DNA of 64,000 nucleotides from Eledone cirrhosa (taxonomy: Eukaryota): contig OZ024743.1 in assembly GCA_964016885.1 (NCBI GenBank), positions 300,824,001 to 300,888,000 on the forward strand. The letters run 5' to 3'. The position numbers and the translations under genes were made by a program. The notes under the pieces are model-generated. The model saw only the letters and a list, made by a program, of their open reading frames with translations. It did no database searches and had not been told where the DNA came from. Position 1 is the first letter of the stretch; the number at the start of each line of letters is the position of its first letter. Positions 63,814 to 64,000 of this stretch are shown piece after piece.

Positions 63814-64000
63814 AATGAATAATAACAGGTAGACACCATAAAAAGGTAATTTATTCCGTGTGCTTACAAATGTTTCCACGGTGGTAATACAGCCTAGTTA
63901 TGCTATGTGCAAATTTACAACTAAATCCCAAAATAAACTACTTAACGATAGAATCGAACGATCATTATACTGCAACCACAAACTAAAAGCTAAATTCTCT

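Overview
AT-rich, repeat-saturated eukaryotic (animal) genomic DNA. The SINE family and the (TA)n/(CA)n density suggest a cephalopod such as Octopus, which is an inference. I recognise no host protein-coding exon, and nearly all ORF-track entries are microsatellite artefacts. The main feature is a young, apparently intact Penelope-like retroelement (PLE) at 37308-42660 (- strand). It has one RT + C-terminal GIY-YIG ORF, ~970-bp pseudo-LTR repeats, an inverted 5' piece, and an unusually long insert between RT motifs A and B' that resembles the telomerase insertion-in-fingers domain. Also present are a truncated, rearranged second copy (49447-52283), fragments of a different GIY-YIG PLE group (13.4-14.2 kb, 22.3-23.2 kb, 25.0-25.5 kb, 46.9-47.9 kb), a decayed L1/Tx1-like LINE (55.7-60.0 kb) and five or six tRNA-derived SINEs. 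Reading by eye, I find about 20 minimal type I hammerhead ribozyme (HHR) motifs from about a dozen distinct sequence families. Many sit in small non-coding units (150-620 bp) with partial-tandem or inverted ends inserted into (TA)n arrays. Together these look like a community of retrozyme-like non-autonomous elements that use PLE machinery and target TA microsatellites.
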